64,000 nucleotides of DNA from the NCBI GenBank assembly GCA_028023455.1, contig JAQFVV010000006.1, positions 6,572,001-6,636,000 of the forward strand, in the 5' to 3' direction. The notes under the pieces are model-generated. The model had not been told where the DNA came from. It did not search any database and worked only from the letters and a program-made list of their open reading frames with translations. This stretch comes from Epiperipatus broadwayi (Eukaryota > Animalia > Onychophora). Below are positions 13,161 through 25,600 of the stretch, in pieces; the first letter of the stretch is position 1, and every line of letters begins with the position of its first letter. Position numbers and translations under genes: made by a program.

Positions 13161-13228
13161 GCATCGGCCGGGAAGCAATCCTGCAAACCCGGTACAACAG
13201 CTTGTAAGGCACCCTCAACCACCAACAC
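13161..13228 (-). pseudogene. tRNA-Gly-related SINE/pseudogene copy 3
   Basis: Minus strand GTGTTGGTGG...CCGGGTTTG...GCTTCCCGGCCGATGC-TTCGACAC; same flanks as copy 2. Confidence 0.45.
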
Positions 13229-13449
13229 TTGAATTTTGGAACGTAATTTTAAAAATATTCAAGTGACTTCCTTGTGAATTTATTTCTATTATTTTTTTTA
13301 GGTAAAATCTTTATTAACAAAAAAAAAAAAAACATACATTTTAAGAGTCAGCTGTTTTAAAAAAAAATCTGATTGGCTGTCTGGGAAATAACTGTTTACG
13401 CATGTAAAAGATTAGCAAACTTTTATTTATTAAATAATTATTTACTTAG

Positions 13450-13950
13450 AGGAGATTTAAACCCAGATTTTCAAGCTTCTTTTAGTCATCCACTCCACTT
13501 ATATAACCGATACCCATGACCACATACATGCGAAAAAGATAAATGATCTCTAGTAAACATATGTTGTGCTGAAACAGGTCCTTATCATCATCTCCCGTGA
13601 AATATATGATCAATATGGGTATGACACAACAAAAACGGGCACACAAGGGGTTTGAATGCACCATCATCAGATTTTCAATGATATGGATGACTGATGAGTT
13701 GGAGAATGGAGAAGATTGAAGCCTATTCATTAAAGTTTGGGGATTTGCTATCTTAATATAAACCGAGTACTGATTGTATGTGTGTGTATGAGATGATCAG
13801 ATTAACTGATGAGTGCTGGTTCAGCACAAAACATGTGTATTGGAGATCGTTTATCTTTTACCCATGTATATGATCATGTGTATCAGTTGTATAAGTGGAG
13901 TAGATAACTAAAGGGAACTTGAAAATCTGGATTCAAAACCCTCTAATTAC
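13450..13950. mobile_element. Family X HHR element with inverted duplication
   Basis: HHR at 13802-13844 (ctgatga gtgc tggttca gcac aaaa catgtg ta ttgga); 13450-13590 is the reverse complement of 13806-13950. Confidence 0.7.
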
Positions 13951-14446
13951 ATCTAGCTTAATGTATAAATATTATACATGCATTTAAAAGATTAATAATT
14001 ATTTACATACAAATTTTTAATTACAGATCTTTATAGTTATATATTTTTTATAAGTTTCTTTTTTAAATAATACTTTTTTTAATTTTTATATTATTTCCAT
14101 AATTGACATGGAGAACGGTGCTTAATCAAATTTTTTCCGTTATTTTTTGGGGGATGTATCTAATGCAGTTATTAAAATATTTATTCCAATCATTATCAAG
14201 TTTTTAAACCAATTATATTTTTTATTATTTAAAATCATTTCACACCTTATAGTCCATATAGTTTTTCGAGCATGGAGCAATACCATTGCATTATGGGATT
14301 GATTTTTTTTTAAAATCCTGTTTATTTCTCTTTTTAAATTTATGTATGGTGCATGAAATACAGTTGATCGTAATAATTTAAATTTTACACATTTCTCAAA
14401 CAAGTGAAAGGTTTCCTGTTTCATCTTACGAAAAGTAAAACAAGGC

Positions 14447-14929
14447 ATAGTGATTATGTGATGTTTAGTGGTTTAACACCAATCCTGCCTAATAGGATGG
14501 TGGTGGCTATGGTTGTTAAAAAGCCAAAGACACCAAAATGTATGGGTGCTGAACTGAGTTCAGACTCATATGACTATATATAAGCTATTGAGCTTAGATT
14601 GAAAATATTATTGTGTTTTCAATTTCATTCTCATAGTTCTGTAGTTAAGTAGAGATAAAAGGTGGCTGCTGGAGAGTTGCATTAGATCCTAAGATCTAGG
14701 TGCAGTGCTCTCAGATCCAAGGCTCCTCACTGATGAAGGTCACAAACCAGAAACTGTTTGGAGATATTGGATGAGTAGGCACTACATAGGGATTTTATGC
14801 ACAAGCCTTCTGGCAACAATTGATTACTCTGGTTGGCACAGGGTGGCACTACTGTATGAAGAGTTTTGCCTTGTTTAATAACAATTATGTACTAGTATAA
14901 GAGATAGTGATCATGTGATGTTTAGTGGT
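14447..14929 (+). mobile_element. Family B full unit (457 bp) with 26-bp terminal redundancy, inserted in the L1
   Basis: atagtgat(t/c)atgtgatgtttagtggt at 14447-14472 and 14904-14929; HHR at 14724-14764. Confidence 0.8.
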
Positions 14930-17304
14930 CTTACAAAAAGTACATGAAGATTCCAAATTAATTTTTAGTTGACCATTTAATTAAACCATTGGTAGGAAAC
15001 CATTTAAAAATTTAAAACAGAATTTGATATATGATTGTGGATCATATATTTTGTAAAAATTCATCTTAATCATTGATACTTCTGTCCAAGTGTATTGAAC
15101 ATTATTTATTGATTTTTTAAATTTGTATTAACCAACCTATTTAAGTTGCGGTCACCTGCAAGTCTTTATATGCTATAAATAAGTTCCCATAAAATGATCT
15201 GACTTTTTAGCTTTTATTGTTTAAGCTAGTATCAGGTAATAGTGGACTAAACACATTAATATACATTCGTGCTTTTATATATGATACATATAATTTTGGA
15301 TCAATAAGATTGAAGCCTCTTTGCCTAATTTGTAATCATAATATTGAAATTGATAATATGATGTGAAGATTTTCCCCAAATATAGTTATTTGCTGTCTGA
15401 TTCAGTTTATTTATTGTTATATTGAAAACACTCATCTATGGTGGATAATAATCTAGGATTTGTGGTGGTAATTTTATAAACCTTAACTAATGGCAAAGAT
15501 TTAATTTTTTATTGATTTTATCAATTACCATCTTATTTAAGTATTGATTCATACTTGTTTTTGACATATAAAATGGGATTCCTAAAGGCAGTGATGGACT
15601 GACCTGGAATTTAGATGGTATCTTATTACCTGTAGCTAATTGCTAAGCTGCAGATTTATACCATTGTATAGAAGATCCTATCTTTCTTTTTTTATCAAGA
15701 AATTTTATTGTGAGCTCAAAGAATTACATTATTGCAATAATAGAGTTATGTTGTTATCATACACTATAATAAAGGTTACATAGCCCAATACCAATGGTCT
15801 GGGTGTAAAACATCAACTGTTCAATCACAAATTGTCCATTGCTACAAGCTCCATGTAGCATAGTAGATATATGTTGGAGCTAATTTTTCATCTCTGTTTC
15901 TGATGGCCTAAAGTTTTTCCAGAAAAGTAATTTCTTATGGTCAACCAAGATATGGCCATAATTGAGTGCACATCTAATTGACCAATAGGCAAATAGCAGA
16001 AAAGTTATGATTTTTATGGATGAAGGAATCACATTTGATATGCTAGAAATCAGTCTGGTTAAGAGAGGCATTCTTGGTTTGCATATGGATGCAATAAAGT
16101 CTGTCCCATTGTAATGATGTACAATGGCTCAGAATATGTATTATTGTGTCATCATCACATTTATATAAAGGGCATACTGGGTCCAAACATGAGAACCCTC
16201 TATGATAAACCAGAAAATGGCATGTGGCAGAGCACTCAGGTTTAATTTAATCGAAAAATAAAAAATTTCAGTTTGAGATGCCACCGTTTAAACTTTTTAA
16301 TCATTGAATGATTTGGAAGGGTTAGCAGTCATAAGATTGGGGGGATTTCTACATTAGTTAGATGATATTCATCCCAGTACACAATTTTCTGTGAGTTAAC
16401 CTGTCTTTCTTTGAAAACTATTCAGGATATTCATAATAATTTGAATGTTATATACATTCTAAAAATATTATTATATCATCAATAAAAGCTATCACTACTT
16501 TCTTTACACCTAAATGAAGAAAAAGATCTGATACCTGATTTTCAATATCTTTGACCATTTGATCCATGTATACTGCAAAGAGAGAGTAGCTAATGGTAAC
16601 CCCAGTTGTATTCTTTTTTGGAGTAAAAAATTCTGAGTATCTCATATAGTTTTTAATTAAAATGCTACTCCTTTTAATATAGTTCTCTATTGCTTGAACT
16701 AAAAATCTATATTCTGGAAGCAATTGTTTTTGGGCCTTAAATAAGTATGTCCAATTTACCAAATTAAAAGCTGATTTAAAATCAATTTTCATAGCAAATA
16801 TTCTATTTTAATTCTCTGACATCCTTAATTGTTTCTTGAATTTTCAAAACTGCATTCACTGCTCCTTTTATAGCATGATGTGCAGTTGATAAGTTTTTAT
16901 CTATCAACTGTTGAAATTCTTTCAATAATATTCTACCTAATATTTTAGAGTCATTGAGATATGACTTAGGTTTTCTATAGTAGGTGTCCATTTAGCTTTT
17001 TCTTTTACTATGCTAACCTTATTCTTTTATTAATGTGTGGTCAATCAATTTTCTCATAACACATTTGATTATAAAACCTCCACATTGCTAGTATCATGGC
17101 ATAATCTAACTGTTTATAAATAGATGAAGGGATTGCATCATTTGCAAGAGTTATTTTCATCTTTAATTTATTAATTTCCTCTTGCATTTCTTCTTTAGTT
17201 ATATATTCCTTATGTTCACCTGTAACTATGCTTTCATATGTTTTTATTTCATTTTCAGTCTCACCAAACTTGATTTTTAACATCTTAAAAGCATAGTAAT
17301 CTAC

Positions 17305-17530
17305 ATGTAAAATGGACTATTTCCATCATCTAATATGAGTATTGAATTTCTTTAGAAAAATTTAACTTTATTTAAATATTCCAATGTTTCGAGAGATATT
17401 ATTCTTCCCTCTTCTTCAGGTCTTGTTGGCCTGACCAGTATTTGTACTAGAATGGGATTCAAACCTGGACCCTTAGATTCTGAGTATTGAATTTTAAGGT
17501 AACACTCTAACCAACTGAGCCATCCTGTCA
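17305..17530 (-). mobile_element. Family S tRNA-Lys-derived SINE with HHR, inserted in the L1
   Basis: Minus strand GACAGGATGGCTCAGTTGGTTAGAG (A-box) ...AATCTAAGGGTCCAGGTTTGAATCCC (B-box) ...CTGAAGA-A-GAGGGA-AGAATAATA-TCTCTC-GAAACATT. Imperfect TSD-like aaaagca(a)tagt on both sides. Confidence 0.8.
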
Positions 17531-19199
17531 AAAGCAATAGTCTGTAGTAATTTCATATACTTATCTATGAGGTTCCTCCTGATTTCTCCACATTTTCTTA
17601 TTAGCAAAACCATCATCACAAATCTTAGGAAAACACAGATACCAGCTTCTTTTGAGCTTCAAGTATTGTAGAAATACTTTTTGTATGAGACATGTACATT
17701 TTGATATAGTTAATCATTGGTTTTGATATGAATTGTAAGTTAGGGATTAGCTTTCCTATTTTTGTAGTTAGATCTTCTTTCTGGATTTGCTGATATAGTT
17801 TATCATATTCCTCTTGTATATTATTAAATAGTTCATAATTTGGCTTAAAAGATAGTGATTGGAGCATATTCTGTATATCTAAAATCCTCTGCTTAATTTG
17901 ATTTTGTGACAAGTTTTTGGATCTCTTTCTGCATTTCATTTAGTTTCTCTTTATTTTATATCATATTATACAAGGTAATAGATTTAAACTTTTTGTATAA
18001 TAATTAATTATAACTAAAGTATTAGATATTTAATCTGTTATAAATGTAATGTCATCTATTACATTTTTTTAAAACTAATATTTGTAAAAATTCTTATCTT
18101 TCCCATACTCATCAATTACTTGTTGTATACTTAAATGGTCAGAAAATCCGATCCACGATGCCTTTATTTTAGCATTATTTAATTTATGCTCTGAAATAAA
18201 AAACCAAGTCAATGAGTGATGAAAATCTACTATTGAAAAAAGTGTATACATTAATAGGATACATATTATGCAACGAAAAGATGGACAGCTCTTTCTTTTT
18301 ATACTATAATACATTTGGAAGATCTTGACATGTGCAATTAAGATCCACCCAATATTATCATACCTGGATATTGAAGCTATTTGTTTTGAAAGGAAACAGT
18401 TAAATATAATTTATTTGCGAAATTAAAATTTGAATCCTCTCTAAATCCGGATTAATATTCAGTAACGTTGCTACTTCTTGAGCTGGTCTATTATTAGGGT
18501 TATATAATGCAATATGGTGCTTAATTAGGGAATTTGTTATATAAATTGATGTATTAGTATTTATCGTTGTTTCTCTAGGTATTATTATATTATTGTTTTA
18601 TTCCTTAATGTAGACTAAAATTTGAGTTGGACCGTTAATTTCTCTGACATTTTTTGTCATTATTTCTAATCTTTGTTTCTATTATTATTTAATAATATAA
18701 AGGCTCATATACAAGTGTTTGAATAATTTCAGATCTCTCTGCCATTAACATACAAACAATAGTAAACTTCGACAAAGAGATAATTTATTCAAATATTGGC
18801 TATACGTAATCGTAGAAATACTTATCAAGTCGGAATATCCAAAGTAGTCTTTGTAGTAGATAAAACCTTACAGTTTAATGTGGGCGTTTATTTTCTGGAA
18901 ACCAACTAACAAAATAAAATGAATCAATCATCAATAAAAAATACTGTTTATATATTTTAAATAATTTTCTTTTCAATCGCATTTCTACCGCTATTTGTAT
19001 ATGTAGAAGTTACTAATATTTCCGATTTTCAAAACTTTTTAAATATCTTTATACATATAAAATGACGTCTGTTTTAAAAATTGATTTAAGAATTATAAGT
19101 AGTCTTTTTTTAAAAAATATAGATTTCAAATATCATATAATTTACACAATTTAAAAATGATTCTTTTAATACTATTTGGAAAATAAAATAAAAAGTCAA

Positions 19200-19320
19200 T
19201 TTCTAGTAGTCAATAGATTTATATTCCATCATCTTAGCGCATGCGCTGTTTGGCGTAGTTGATAGAGCGCTCGAACTTTTTATGAACTCCCGAGAATAAA
19301 GCCATATACTTTTTTTTTGT
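19200..19320. promoter_or_regulatory. CpG-rich promoter-like patch with NRF1-type palindrome
   Basis: AGCGCATGCGCT at 19236-19247 and several CpGs in a CpG-poor background. Could instead belong to a repeat, since tttttatgaactcc is shared with 45860-45970 in reverse. Confidence 0.4.
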
Positions 19321-19535
19321 TTAAATCAAATTAATTTTCTAAAAGTCAATCAGCAAAAACATTTATACTTATTTAAGACAATTCTGATTTATTTTTTTGT
19401 AAGTTTTCGATACAAGAATAGAAAACAAAATTTTCAATGCAAGTGAATATGTATAATATTAAATTAAAAATAAATGACTTCTATTTATTTCTTTTACAGA
19501 TATCCACAACAAAATAGACTATTAGAACAAACTGG

Positions 19536-19870
19536 GCTTTAGTCTATCACTAGTAATTGATAGTTACCTAGAAACATTAGTACTAATATATTTCTCTAGC
19601 CATTAGATGGGAATATCTCTATCCATGCACAAACTTTGGTAAAAACACAATATATTACAAAGCTCTGAGGAAGACTGCAGGACAGTCGAAACTGTTAGAT
19701 GTTTGTGCTTTAGTCTATCACTAGTAATTGATAGTTACCTAGAAACATTAGTGCTAATATATTTTTCTAGCCATTAGATGGGAATATCTCTATCCATACA
19801 CAACTTTGGTAAAAACACAATATATTACAAAGTTCTGAGGAAGAATGCAGGACAATCGAAACTGTTAGAA
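19536..19870 (+). mobile_element. Family A tandem dimer (about 170-bp unit), one HHR per unit
   Basis: Near-identical units starting at 19536 and 19707; HHRs at 19661-19698 (CUGAGGA-A-GACUG-CAGGA-CAGUC-GAAAC-U-GUU) and 19831-19868. Confidence 0.8.
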
Positions 19871-19959
19871 AAATAAAATACAAATTACATAAAAATTTGC
19901 ATTAGAGTGTATATGAGGAAATTTATAAAAAAGTAATATATATGAATGAAAAAAATATA

Positions 19960-20820
19960 CAGAAAGTAATATAATGTTAGTTTTACTTTGCCGGCCTTTG
20001 AAACAATAATTTTAGAACTGATATGTAGGAATTGCTAGAAATCATATACATGATTAAATGCCAAAAGCAGATTTTTCTTAGGTAAATCAATGACAAGCAT
20101 GAATAATAGAATAAAGTAGCATGTGTATCTAGAGCCAAACAAGATTCTATGGTGCTATTTACGTTTTTGAATCATGAAAGAGCTTATGGTCATGCTTTTG
20201 ATACTGTACCACAATAATTTACAATGAACAAGATAATAGAAAATAAAAAAGGATATGATTTACAAATAGCATAGATTAATGACATACTGACAGTCCAAGT
20301 GTTCATCATTTAAATATGGTTTGGAATATGCACAAATATCACATGATTATCATTTTCAGGGCTCCTCACTGATGAAAGCCACAAGCTAGAAACTAGTCTG
20401 GGAATACTGGATGAGTAGGCACTAGGCAGAAATTTTATATACAAGTCTTCTGGCATCCATTGATTTCTAATGTTTGCACTGGGTGGCACTACTGTATAGA
20501 GAATTTGATATTTTAATATGCATAAACAATTTTATGTATCTTAACTTTTATCTTTTAAAAATGATGATTTCCTGTGAAAATGCATTTAAGAATTTAAGTG
20601 AAAAAGTACTTGAAAATTTTTGTTTCATGTAAGAAACATTTATGTTATGATACAAACCGATTGTTCTATATGCAAATACACTCAAGTGTTTATAGTTCAT
20701 GGTTGTAGTGGTTAATACATTAGCTGTCCAAGATTATGATCAGAGGTAGTAATGTCGTATAGAGATTATTTGAATCTGCTGGGGAGCTTCCAAGTAAATG
20801 TAAAACCTAATGCACAGTAA
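19960..20820 (+). mobile_element. Highly decayed LINE RT remnant interrupted by family B
   Basis: Fragments VLFTFLNHERAY...HAFDTVP (cf. LDxxKAFDxVxH) near 20150-20210. Confidence 0.3.
20355..20500 (+). mobile_element. Family B partial copy with intact HHR
   Basis: 20363-20403 UCCUCA-CUGAUGA-A-AGC-CACAA-GCU-A-GAAAC-UA-GUC-UGGGA. Confidence 0.75.
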
Positions 20821-21509
20821 GCTAATTAATCAACTAACTGTTAGAAAATAGTAACTATTATATAGTAAATATCATATTCTATAATGTGCATTTTAGAGGG
20901 TTCTTTGATCTTCCAACTCATCTAAGTTATAGATCTTTATTATAATTTAATTTAGGCAGGAAAACACTACTCTTTATTCTTGTCCTATGAATAGATAGAA
21001 TTTTACATAATAAATGTTTTACAAAAATGGATAGCTAAATATTCTTAAAGCCTCATATTAAATAAACTACCATTCATTGATAGTGCTAGTAAAAAACGAT
21101 GATCTACTTTAAAAGCTACATGTTTTAATCAGCTTATTACTAATATAGGTTTGAATTATATATCACAGGGCAGAAAAAGCATTTCATTTTTAACAACCTG
21201 TGGCAATGAACCACATCAAGTAAATGTAATTATAATTCTATTTGCAAAGAAACATTTTTAATGACCACAACTGTAAAGGTTTATTATTTTCATCTTATAA
21301 AATAGTTACTTCTTCTTATATGCAGATGGGTGCACTTTTGGTGTGGTTCACCATATTAGTGCAATCAACTGAATCTAAGAAGTAACTATTTTGTAAGAGG
21401 AAGATAATATCTTTTCAGTTGAAAATGTTAAAAACTTGTCACTAAATAAAATTACAAATATAAAGAAAGGGAAAAAGTAATATAAATTTATCTTCTCCTT
21501 CACTTTTCT

Positions 21510-21760
21510 TGCATTTTTCTTCATATATTCATATATATTAAATAAATTTTACTATCTCCTCATATACACTTTAATGCAATTTTGATATAATTACTTCTTT
21601 ACTTTGCTTACAGTTTCAACTATTCTGCAGTCTTCATCAGAGCTCTCTCTGATGAAGAGTGCAGGATAGTTGAAACTGTAAGCAAAATAAAGAAGTAATT
21701 ATATAAAAATTACATTAAAGTGTATATGAGATGATAAAAAAAATTTAATATATATAATTA
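21510..21760. mobile_element. Family A foldback (two HHR cores back to back)
   Basis: ttgcttacagtttcaactattctgcagtcttcatcag-agctctct-ctgatgaagagtgcaggatagttgaaactgtaagcaa, with about 100-bp inverted flanks. Confidence 0.75.
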
Positions 21761-22564
21761 TTAAATAACGTGGCATTAAATATGTAATTTACATAGAAGA
21801 AAATTTTCTTTTTAATCGAGCTGTGTATGGTTTAATGAAAAGGTAAAAGTATGAACATGAGAGATAAAGAATCCTGGGCCAAAGTTTAATCAGTAGAATA
21901 TGAACATGTGTGTTGAAATGCATGTATTTATTCATATTTACAGGATGATTTTAAAATAAATAGAAGCAATTATAATACCTATCTGGCTAGAACATAATTA
22001 GACTTATTGATTATAAAAATCAATAATTCTTACTAATAATGTATAGGATATCTTTCACAATTTCAAACAAAGCAGACAAGATTTGTAATATACAAAAAAA
22101 AGAGATTCTTAATTAATTTTGGTTTGTAGTTAGTGATAATAAAAACTTGACATAGCAAATTGGGGGAGAGGGTGTCTTTGGGGGAGTCTTAAAATTGAGT
22201 ACTGTGATCATTGTATTGTTATTTAGTATTCTCATACACTGACTCAATTATATACATATAATAATTCTCATTATTACATTCTAGTGATTCTTTACAAACC
22301 TTTTTACAATCATTGCATATCTTCGGATGTGCCACCCCCACCCTATTGAAAGTCAGATTACCCCCCTCTCATTATATATATATTTTATCAAAATCTTTGC
22401 TCTTCAGTTGAATCAATAGCATCAAATATCTGACAGCTTTATACTCTTTTATTAAATCACTCTCATCAAATTAGAAACTAATTTTTATTATCTTTAACAT
22501 CTCGTGGAAGAATGAACTGTCACTGTACCTTGGGGACCATATATTAGATATTTTTATCCATATT

Positions 22565-22700
22565 TCAAGAATGAGCCCTGGAATAGGAGTCTAGGGATAT
22601 TGAATGAGTAGGCACTAGATAGAGATTTTATATACAAACCTTCTAACATCCATAGATTATTGTGGTTTGCACTAGGTGGCACTGCTATATGGAGAGAATT
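22565..22700 (+). mobile_element. Degenerate family B fragment
   Basis: gatattgaatgagtaggcactagatagagattttatatacaaaccttct...gcactaggtggcact matches the B 3' region. Confidence 0.6.
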
Positions 22701-23639
22701 GCTATTACTAGAAGAGGAATTTTAAGTATATCATAAAAGTGTAAGTATTAAAATTGATATTCATTTTAATTTTCAATAGAGTTTGAATTTGTAATGCTAA
22801 GAATATTGTTAAAATCTGAAAAAAAAAACCCAAAAATAAAAAGTATATATCTGGAATAAATTTTGGATCAATGATAGACTATATGTACTCATAGAAATTT
22901 ACTTCTACTAAATTTTTTTTTCCTTTACTTTCTCTAACATATTTCTTTACATTTTTTTTTACACCAAGAGAAGATACTAAGAGAGAATATGTGGAGTGCA
23001 AACGAGATGCCCAATGGTTGGTGAAGGAAGAATTTATATATTTTTAATAATTATAACATTATCATTATTTAAACCATCTGTTATAATTTAGTGTACTTAT
23101 TTTGAACTACACTGTTTCCAGCACGAGAATGTGGATGACTTTTACAAAGCATTGTGAGGGGAAGGGTAAAATCGTATGTTAATGACTAATGCAGACTCCA
23201 GTGTATGCCTGTTGCATTTAATAATTTAGAAAATATGTATTTTATCATAGAAATATAACATCAATTGTATACATGATATATACCAAGAGTTTTTAGATAG
23301 AAGAGATACATAACCCTCTTTTATTGATATAAGTTAAAGCCATTTGGTAATATATCGTTTAAGAATGCTCATAAAATTTTAAAACTATAATGAATTTTAA
23401 AAACAATTACAATGGTCTTAAGCTTGTTGGATGTGATGCCATATCAAATCTATTTGTCATTAATGTAATCTTTCTTATGAACAAGTCCACAAACAAATCA
23501 ATTCTTTCTCCATTCTGTTGATTGTCTGCATCATTAAATCCTTTCTTCACTTTGCATCCATCATTTTCTACAAAATAGCTATCATTAAATTTTTTTTTCT
23601 TAATATATATTTGTTTCAGTTGTCTTGTATTTAATCTGT

Positions 23640-24690
23640 CCAACCAATCATATCTTCATTCACACTCATCAAACTTCATTTATCACTCTATCCATCCAAC
23701 TCACTCCACTTTTTTTTTATACCCAAATCTCAAAGCACCTTTAATTTATTATTAATTTTCTGATGTACTACCCATGTCTCACAACCATAAAACCCTATAC
23801 TCCACATGTAGCATTTGGCCAATCTCTCAATTCTCTTAATAAATGTCCTCAAAATACTTTCTTCTCTTTGCTAAATTCACTTTTGCTAATATTATTTTCC
23901 TTTAACTTCATTATCACTTTTTTCATCCTCATTTAATATTCATTAAGGCTGTAGCCTCAAACACATGCGTATAAAATGCGATAGTAGGGACCTCTACAGG
24001 TCTGTAGAGGTCCCTACTATCACATTTTATACGCATGTGTTTGAGACTACAGCCTTAATGAATATTTTTTACGTAATCAATATGCGTTTAAATAAATTTA
24101 TAATTACATCCTCATTTAACCAACTTTCTAAATGTTAACCTATTTCCTTTAATTTCCTTTCCTTCTGTATTTGATATGCTTTTCTCTTGCATTTCATCTC
24201 ATTTACAAGGTCTTAAGTTTGTCAAAATTAATCCTCATTCCATATTGAATACATCTTTTCTCCAACCTATTCAACATGTACTAGAGATTCCTTTTATCCT
24301 CAGATACAAGAATCATATTATCTGTGATTCTTACATGTCATTATTCTATCTTCAACTTTAACACCATCACAGTTTAAATATTTATTTATCATGTCTTCTA
24401 AGTAAATATTAAAAAACAACATATGTCATGTGACATGTAACACATCTTGTCAGTCTATTTATCCTCCAATATAATGCTTATTCTTTGTCCATCCATAATT
24501 CTACTCCAGATTATTTTATTAAGTGTTTCATCTAAATTCATAAAACTCATATCAATTTCTTTCCCTCTTATCTCCTACAATCATTCTAATAACACCAGTA
24601 GCTTTTTTGAAAGCTTTCCAAAAAGCATACTGTTTTTTAATAATATTATATTAAAATCTTCAATTAATATTTTTAAGGAATACTATAGTT
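23640..24690 (-). mobile_element. RTE-clade LINE RT fragment (decayed)
   Basis: Minus strand ...LVSEDKRNL..MLNRLEKRCIQYGMRINFDK...NED..SDNEVK...KCYMWSIGFYGCETW; related to 44440-45020. Confidence 0.65.
23937..24106. mobile_element. 170-bp hairpin insertion flanked by a 13-bp TSD
   Basis: About 60-bp near-perfect inverted arms centred near 24000; catcctcatttaa at 23924-23936 and 24107-24119. Confidence 0.75.
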
Positions 24691-25389
24691 AGAAAGTATC
24701 TTTACTGAATCAGACACAAACTTAATAAAAATCATTTACTTAGCGAACTTGAGCAAAGTTTAGATAAAAATTATAGACCCTACATATGCCAAAATTATAT
24801 CAAATGGCATTCTGAAGGCATGGGATACATGTAATATAGCTTACATTCATTGGGAGTTCATGGTTGAAAATAAAATACAATGTAAACCTACAATTAATGA
24901 AAGATGTTAAAAACTTTCATAAAAGACAGTTTAGTGTCAAAGAAATTAAAAAATCATACTGTGAGAAATCAAATAAACAGATTAAAGCAACATGACGGAT
25001 TTAAAACAGTGATAGAGTGATATACTTAAAAAAAAAAGAAAGGTCCACAACTTCAAATGTTATTTTACCTCCCAAGCAACTAAGCATTCAGTATATGCAG
25101 TTTAGTTCAGGGATGATGAACTCAAAATGTAAGGGCTCCTAGATTGAAGTTCGACCTGTAACTTTAGATGTGTGAATGTCACATGACCTCCCAAGCAACT
25201 TAGTACAGTATTTGATTTTTATTTACTTATTAATAGATTAAAAAAGCAATAGGTAGTAATATGTGGACATATTTATAAATCATAAATTCAGTTTGTATAA
25301 TCATCACCAAATTCATCTTTAACTTTTTATACATTTATCTTTCTTTTTTCTTCTTCTGGAATAAGAATGGCATATTTTTTATAAATATA

Positions 25390-25600
25390 TAGGCTGCAGA
25401 TTGTGGACTTTAAACTCTAGAACCTGCTATTATATACCATTGCACAAACCATGTGCAGCCAATAATGATATCATGCATGGGTTAGTACAGTAATAGAATT
25501 GTGGACTCGGGGATCAAAGTTCATGGATATACCTCATTCTGTCCATTCTGGTTTTGTATTTCTTATGAGCTTCTGGATCAATAAACCATTTGATTATTTT
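25390..25600 (+). mobile_element. Dispersed repeat family E
   Basis: catgcatgggttagtacagt...gatcaaagttcatgga...gatcaataaa; related copies at 46770-46900, 45860-45970 (reverse) and 8040-8110 (reverse). Confidence 0.4.

Larger units (their letters stand above)
14130..18670 (-). mobile_element. Decayed L1/Tx1-clade LINE ORF2 (APE endonuclease, RT, CCHC), interrupted by insertions
   Basis: Ordered motifs on minus: LEIMTKNVREIN (about 18660), QEVATL, MIILGG, WIGFSDHLSI, ITKEEMQEEINKLK...DAIPSSIYK, LNDSKILGRIL, IDFKSAFNLVNWTYL, AFIDDIIIF, ETFHLFEKC...ARKTIWTIRC. Many stops and frameshifts. Confidence 0.85.

Noticed and set aside
17352-17537. 61-aa ORF within the L1
   Set aside because: It is the family S SINE insertion read through, not L1 protein.
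23407-23580. Minus-strand terminal-exon candidate (ttttgtag acceptor, NDGCKVKKGF...)
   Set aside because: No upstream partner exon or recognisable product; adjacent to an RTE remnant.
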